Assembly (NCBI GenBank): GCA_004764695.1
Contig: SMSO01000031.1
Span: 844,436-908,435, forward strand
Direction: 5' to 3'
DNA length: 64,000 nucleotides
Origin: Schizochytrium sp. TIO01
Lineage: Eukaryota > Protista > Bigyra: Labyrinthulomycetes
The notes under the pieces are model-generated. The model did not search any database, was not told the DNA's origin, and saw only the letters and a list, made by a program, of their open reading frames with translations. Shown here piece after piece: positions 58,474 through 64,000 of the stretch. Both the position numbers and the translations under genes were made by a program. Each line of letters begins with the position of its first letter. Position 1 is the stretch's first letter.

Positions 58474-59517
58474 AGTAAAACTTTTTGCCTCATCGATGTG
58501 ACACTTTGAAGGTACCTGGTATCCCAAACAAATTTGAAAAGATCTACGCTTGATGCAGAAACTTCAAGCTCTTCGTTTATGGCTCCCCCTTTATGACACA
58601 TAGCTATCCAAGATAAAACGTTAATCTTATCTTATTCTAGATATTTTTTCTATTCGTGCAGTTTACCTTCAGAACATGTAGATAAACAGCTTTCTGGTCT
58701 TCTCCTTCCATTCGTATGTATAAATGCACTATCATAAACAGGTATTTTTTATCGATCTGGAGTTCATCCATCTGAAAAACTGTATTGAGAGATAGTGAAG
58801 CGCAGTTTCTTAAAGTGGTACTTTACAAATACCAGCCAGTGAATCCTATTTTTAAGTCTGCACAAAGATCTTTCTCCAGGAAGCTCTTTAGATAGAGCAC
58901 GCTTCTCGACACTTTGTTTTAGCGCTTTATATAAACACGCACAGCACAACTTTTGATAAAGAGGATTTGCGACTTCAAGTTATTTCTAATAAAAATATCC
59001 CTTATTGCCAAGAAATATGTGGGAATCAAATAGACTAGAAGTAGGCCTCTAAGATTTGGATCTTTCTTCTCTTTATTAGATTCCATCCTCGATTCGCCGA
59101 TGCTTAAAAACTGCCCTCACTCACTCACGCAATCTCTGTACCTGATTCTTTTTCTGTTTGTATATTTCTCATTCTGACCTTAACTCCTTGGTGCGACCTT
59201 GCGCAGTTTCGCCTATTTGGTTGCTAAGAACTAAAAAAAAAAAATAAGATAGCACTCCCAGGCCAAGTGACCATTATAATGAACATCTGCGGCTAAAAAT
59301 CTAGCTCAGGCTGACCTTAGAAGACCTCGCGCACCGAAGAACCTAATATCACGAAGGTATGATATATACTCTCAAGGCAACAGCATGACGCCAGTACAAA
59401 AGTGACTAAACTCCTAACAAACCACAAGCACTGGAGGCCGTCTAACTACACTTTCTTTTCTTGTAGTTTTCTAATGTATTCTTCACCTGAAAGAAACTAC
59501 AAGAGAGGAACAAGCAA

Positions 59518-62500
59518 ATGTACCCAAACAATAACTTAATGCAAGAATTTGACACTGCGACCATGGATCTCGAAGCTGGGGGTGAAAATGCTCACGTTAA
59601 CCCCGAGACGAAAGTCACGCCCAAAGAACTCGCAGCAGCTGACGAGGCACTCCTCGGTAACAGCATCGACTTTGGTGAATGGGCTGATGCTAGAAAGTCA
59701 CGCATCAATGGTGCCAAACGGACACCAAAAGACACCAGTGTTCTAGGCCGAGCTTTCATCACGTGGATGTATAAGGTTGTGTTCAAGGGATGGAGACAAC
59801 CTTTGAGCAAAGACGATCTGCCTGGTCTCAACCCAGACTACTTATCTGCATCGCTTTATCTTCGGTTTCATGAAGAATGGGAGAAAGTGAGTACCGAAAA
59901 AGGTACCAAACATAGCTTTCAGCGGGCTATGCTCCGAGTGCCTCAAATTCGTTTTACCATCATCCTCGGCAGTATACTCTCATCAATCCAAGGACTATTG
60001 GCCACAGTTGGCAGACCCTTGATTCTTAGAACGATTGTCAATTCTGTTGACTCCGATGCAGGAACCAAGGAAAATGTTATCTTAGTCATCATTTTTGCTA
60101 TTATTGTTGGTATTGAAGGATGGGCCGGTGTCATGGGCCGCCAGCTTCTTGCCGAGGAGTTTGCAACGCAGTTTCAAATTTGTTCAAGCTCTGCCGTGTA
60201 CAATAAGATGCTTCGTATCGATACACAACGCCAGCAACCTGGACAGTCTTCAGAGTCTAGTTTGATCGGCAACGATATTGTCCGTGCCTATGAAAATATC
60301 AGAATTGCAGCTCAACTTCCAATGGCTCTTAGTAGCGTAGTTGGTGGTCTCATTGTTCTCGTATTGCTTGTCGGCAAGAGCTCTCTTATTGGCATCGGAA
60401 TCATGCTTCTAATTCTCATTCTGAATATGCTCATGGGCAAAATCACTCACGGAATTGAACAGAAGAACCTCAAGGCTGCTGATGAGCGTCTGTCTATGCT
60501 ATCTGCGGTCCTTGAAGGTATTCGTGCTGTCAAGCTCTTTGGCTGGGAAGAGAAATATCGCAACAAAATGAACGAAGTTCGTGATGAAGAATGTGTTCAT
60601 ATCCGTAACTATCGACTCGCTCATGTCACATCCATTGCATCAGGTAGAGCAAGCCCAGTCCTATCTGCAATGGGTACCTTAGTGTTCTATGCAATGAGTA
60701 GAAGCTCCCTTGACCTTGCAAATGCCTATGCTGCTGTAAGTGTCTTTCAGGCATTGCGCCTTGGCCTTATTTATGTTCCCCTCTGCATGACGGCATTCCT
60801 GGCATTTGACGTGACACTAAAACGTCTGAACGAATACTTCGGACGCCCAGATAAAGCCAAGCGGTCCTATCTGCCAAATCCAACACCTGGCACCAACGCG
60901 CCTCTGGTGGAGTTGGACCCGTGCTCCCTAGGCTGGGTTTTTACCGAATCTGATGAAGGTATTATACTGCGTGATGTTCAACTCAAAGTTAACCCTGGAG
61001 AAATCGTTGCAATTGTCGGTGGTGTCGGTGAAGGCAAATCTACGTTACTCGCGACTGTAGCACAAGCTATTCAACCGCTCCGGTGGTCCAACGACACGCA
61101 TCAGTCCCCTGTACGCACGACAAAGAGCATTGGCTTTGCACCTCAGAAACCATTTGTTGTTTGCGGCACTCTGAAACAGAATGTACTTCTTGGACGTCCA
61201 TTTGACCAGGAACGTTTTGATAATGCCTTGTTTGCAAGTGGTTTGCACACGGACATTCCCAACTTACCTGGTGGGATCTACACGGAGATTGGCGAACGTG
61301 GCACGACTCTGTCTGGCGGTCAACAAGCGCGAATGGCAGTGGCTCGTAGTTTGTATGCTGAACCACGTCTGCTATGTTTCGACGATATTCTTGCTGCTGT
61401 AGATGCGAAGATGTGTGCTCATATGTTTGAGCACGCGATTCTGCGCCAGGTACGTCCGTCTGCAAGTTCTGGACCAAGTAGAAGTGGGCGTGCATGTGTG
61501 GTCGCGATGAATCAGCTTGCATTGTTGCCTCGTGTAGACCGCATTGTATATATCGGCAAAGGCAGGGTACTTGCAAGCGGGAGCTACGATGATTTGCTGG
61601 AGAGCTGTAAGGAGTTCTCTGAGTTTGTAGAATGCACAAAGCTACTACAGGAGGAAACTGAGGAAGACGCTGAAATTGTGAAAGGAATTGCACAGAAATC
61701 CTCCAGCGATGACTCTAGAGGCCTCACACCCGCTGAGGAGGCAGAAGATATTATTCGTGGCAGCAGCAAACTCTCTGAGGCATTGCCGCTGCCAAATTCC
61801 GAATTCGCTAGCTATGAAAAGGAGAATAACGATACCATATTGGGCACAGAGAAGTTGACGCAAGGCAATGTCACTCTTGGTGTCTACAAAGCCTACGTTA
61901 AGGCTGTTGGGCCCTTGTTCATGCTCACTGCTCTGATTCTTTGTATGTCTGGCTATATCATGATGGCCCTCAACGACTACTGGCTCACACGCTGGTCTGA
62001 AGCTATGGATGACCCAAACAATACCCGTACGAAGGGCTTCTTTGCGGGCGTCTATGCAGCTCTGAGCATCGGCTTCGGCATGATGATCATGACTACAAGT
62101 TGGATGCTCTGCTTTGGTGGTGTTCGAGCATCTCGAAGCTTGCATCACTCTATGTTGACTCGGCTGCTGCGAGCACCCTTGGAATGGTTTGAGAGTAACT
62201 CAAGCGGACGCATAATGTCTCGTTTCAGCGGCGATCTGTCCAAAGTCGATATGATTCTTAGTCTTACTGTAGACAACTGGTTGCAGATACTTTGTACACT
62301 TTTGGTCCAGCTTGGCGTTATTTGTTATGCTGTGCCAATAGCAGCTGCTCTTGTTGTTGTAGTTGCGGTAATTTTTTATGTTGTTGTAGTTGCTGCAGAT
62401 CGTTCATCTCGAGAGTCGCGTCGCATCGCCAACAGCAACCTCTCCCCACTGTTGTCGAATGCAGGCGAAGCAACTCGAGGAAGAGATGTTGCTGCTGTTA

Positions 62501-63678
62501 TGGAGACCGGGCCGTTTTTTGAAGCTCGTCATCGCTTAGCGAGTGACGAATATGCACGAGCCAACTTTGTCGCCGGTTCCATCATCAACTGGTGTCAACT
62601 GATGGCACACTATCTGTCATTTTCAGTTGCCGTATTTTCAACGCTGATGTTAGTGCTTCTTCGTAATGCGTTTGGAAACTCTGACCTGCTCGCGTTAGTC
62701 ATTGTGTACTGTGTCAACCTTCCATATTTCGCTGCAATGCTTACTCAAAATACAATTCGCATGAACAGCTATTTTACCTCGTATGAGCGACTGCTCGAAT
62801 ACGAGACCCTAAAAGAGGAAGATGCTCTTGATGAAAGAGCACTCGAACTCTACAATGACTATCTTGATCCCAAACCTCCTGCATCGCAATGGCCAACCAA
62901 AGGTGCCATTGAATTCAGAAACGTCGAACTGCGATACAGACCCGGAGCACCACTTGTACTCAAGGGTGTGACATTTACTGTCCAAGGCGGGCAGTCGCTT
63001 GGTATTTGCGGTAGAACTGGTGCGGGGAAGAGCTCCACGATATCTTGTTTGTTTCGGCTGCGTCCCATATCAGGAGGCGCGGTTCTCGTTGACGGCAGGG
63101 ATGTTGGCACAATTGATCTCAATATTCTGAGAAATCGCATCACAATCATTCCTCAGGATCCGGTGCTGATCTCTGGTACACTAGCAACAAATCTTGATCC
63201 GTTTGGCGAGACCAGCGCTGAAGAAATGCGAGAAGCCCTCCAGATCGTAGGCCTTGGCAATCGCGTGTCTCTGGACGACCCTGTAGAGGCGTCTGGACGG
63301 AACTGGTCAGCTGGCGAGCGGCAGCTGATTTGTTTTGCTCGTGCATTGCTACGTCCGAACAAGGTTCTGGTGTTGGACGAGCCGAGTTCTGCCATTGATT
63401 TGAACACGGATGATGCAATCCACGAGATGATTCGTGAGCAGTTCTATCGTCGTCGTCGGTGCACGGTGCTGTGTATTGCACATCGGTTGCAGACGATTGC
63501 AACATATGACAGGATTGCAGTTATGCAAGATGGTGAGGTGTTGGAGTTTGGTTCTCCTATGGATTTGTTGCATGATGATAGCTCTGAGTTACATTCAATG
63601 GTATCGGCGCTTGGCCCGGCATCACAGCAGCATATTCGCGACTTGGCGATACGCTCATGGAATGAGTTGAAAGAGTAA
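59518..63678 (+). CDS. ABC transporter subfamily C (short MRP type; TMD-NBD-TMD-NBD)
   Basis: NBD1: GGVGEGKST, TEIGERGTTLSGGQQAR, LLCFDDILAAVD. NBD2: GRTGAGKSS, IIPQDPVL, NWSAGERQL, LVLDEPSS, IAHRL. Two multi-TM domains. Confidence 0.96.
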   Translation: MYPNNNLMQEFDTATMDLEAGGENAHVNPETKVTPKELAAADEALLGNSIDFGEWADARKSRINGAKRTPKDTSVLGRAFITWMYKVVFKGWRQPLSKDDLPGLNPDYLSASLYLRFHEEWEKVSTEKGTKHSFQRAMLRVPQIRFTIILGSILSSIQGLLATVGRPLILRTIVNSVDSDAGTKENVILVIIFAIIVGIEGWAGVMGRQLLAEEFATQFQICSSSAVYNKMLRIDTQRQQPGQSSESSLIGNDIVRAYENIRIAAQLPMALSSVVGGLIVLVLLVGKSSLIGIGIMLLILILNMLMGKITHGIEQKNLKAADERLSMLSAVLEGIRAVKLFGWEEKYRNKMNEVRDEECVHIRNYRLAHVTSIASGRASPVLSAMGTLVFYAMSRSSLDLANAYAAVSVFQALRLGLIYVPLCMTAFLAFDVTLKRLNEYFGRPDKAKRSYLPNPTPGTNAPLVELDPCSLGWVFTESDEGIILRDVQLKVNPGEIVAIVGGVGEGKSTLLATVAQAIQPLRWSNDTHQSPVRTTKSIGFAPQKPFVVCGTLKQNVLLGRPFDQERFDNALFASGLHTDIPNLPGGIYTEIGERGTTLSGGQQARMAVARSLYAEPRLLCFDDILAAVDAKMCAHMFEHAILRQVRPSASSGPSRSGRACVVAMNQLALLPRVDRIVYIGKGRVLASGSYDDLLESCKEFSEFVECTKLLQEETEEDAEIVKGIAQKSSSDDSRGLTPAEEAEDIIRGSSKLSEALPLPNSEFASYEKENNDTILGTEKLTQGNVTLGVYKAYVKAVGPLFMLTALILCMSGYIMMALNDYWLTRWSEAMDDPNNTRTKGFFAGVYAALSIGFGMMIMTTSWMLCFGGVRASRSLHHSMLTRLLRAPLEWFESNSSGRIMSRFSGDLSKVDMILSLTVDNWLQILCTLLVQLGVICYAVPIAAALVVVVAVIFYVVVVAADRSSRESRRIANSNLSPLLSNAGEATRGRDVAAVMETGPFFEARHRLASDEYARANFVAGSIINWCQLMAHYLSFSVAVFSTLMLVLLRNAFGNSDLLALVIVYCVNLPYFAAMLTQNTIRMNSYFTSYERLLEYETLKEEDALDERALELYNDYLDPKPPASQWPTKGAIEFRNVELRYRPGAPLVLKGVTFTVQGGQSLGICGRTGAGKSSTISCLFRLRPISGGAVLVDGRDVGTIDLNILRNRITIIPQDPVLISGTLATNLDPFGETSAEEMREALQIVGLGNRVSLDDPVEASGRNWSAGERQLICFARALLRPNKVLVLDEPSSAIDLNTDDAIHEMIREQFYRRRRCTVLCIAHRLQTIATYDRIAVMQDGEVLEFGSPMDLLHDDSSELHSMVSALGPASQQHIRDLAIRSWNELKE

Positions 63679-64000
63679 ATTGGTTCTTAAATTATGCTGT
63701 GGATTTCAATTAAAACCGAATGGAATGTAAGACTTAAGTTTTATTTTATAGAGGTGACTTGAACGAAATTTGAACACCTCAATTGAACGGCGTTATGTTA
63801 CAAGCATTACTTGAATCCGAACTTTGCCTGAGGCTTCCGTTTTAAAGTCAATTTGACATTCGGGTGTCTGATATTCCTCGGTCATACAGGTTCATGGCCG
63901 AAGACGGCGTCTTTTCTTCGAGCATAGGGTCATTGATCTACTTATTCTGCGCATGGTTCTTGCATCTCTTTGAGAAGTCTGTTGTCCCGCCTTTGTGAAT

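Noticed and set aside
61366-61515. ABCC NBD1 with Walker B DD and H-loop MNQ, and NBD2 signature WSAGE
   Set aside because: A degenerate first ATP site is normal for ABCC transporters.

Overview
Eukaryotic, gene-dense, intron-poor DNA. I could build four GT-AG introns (106-393 nt) and the intergenic regions carry microsatellites. The style and gene content (PACRG, BBS9, SepSecS) indicate a flagellated protist that uses selenocysteine; a thraustochytrid/labyrinthulomycete is my inference only. There are about 18 protein-coding genes: a partial polyQ protein, a multi-WW/IQ protein, an RRM protein, PACRG, a SPATA4-like CH protein, FIG4, a type II membrane protein with an SH3b-like domain, Fyv7/TAP26, an IQ coiled-coil protein, a DH-PH-C2 RhoGEF, BBS9, SepSecS, kinesin-14, a CAMK1-like kinase, a lipocalin, an Sfi1-like protein, a GNAT and an ABCC transporter. 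Most notable hidden signals: (1) the apparently empty ~45.9-54.4 kb region is a co-oriented minus-strand chain of at least 15 broken RI-type leucine-rich repeats, most likely a very large fossil LRR gene; (2) decayed NEK-like kinase subdomains run in order into the intact WW/IQ ORF; (3) three genes are each split by a +1 frameshift that is fixed by removing one A; (4) a C/D snoRNA candidate lies in the unusually long Fyv7 intron. No rRNA, tRNA, CRISPR array or intact mobile element was recognised. All homology calls are by-eye motif recognition and were not searched.
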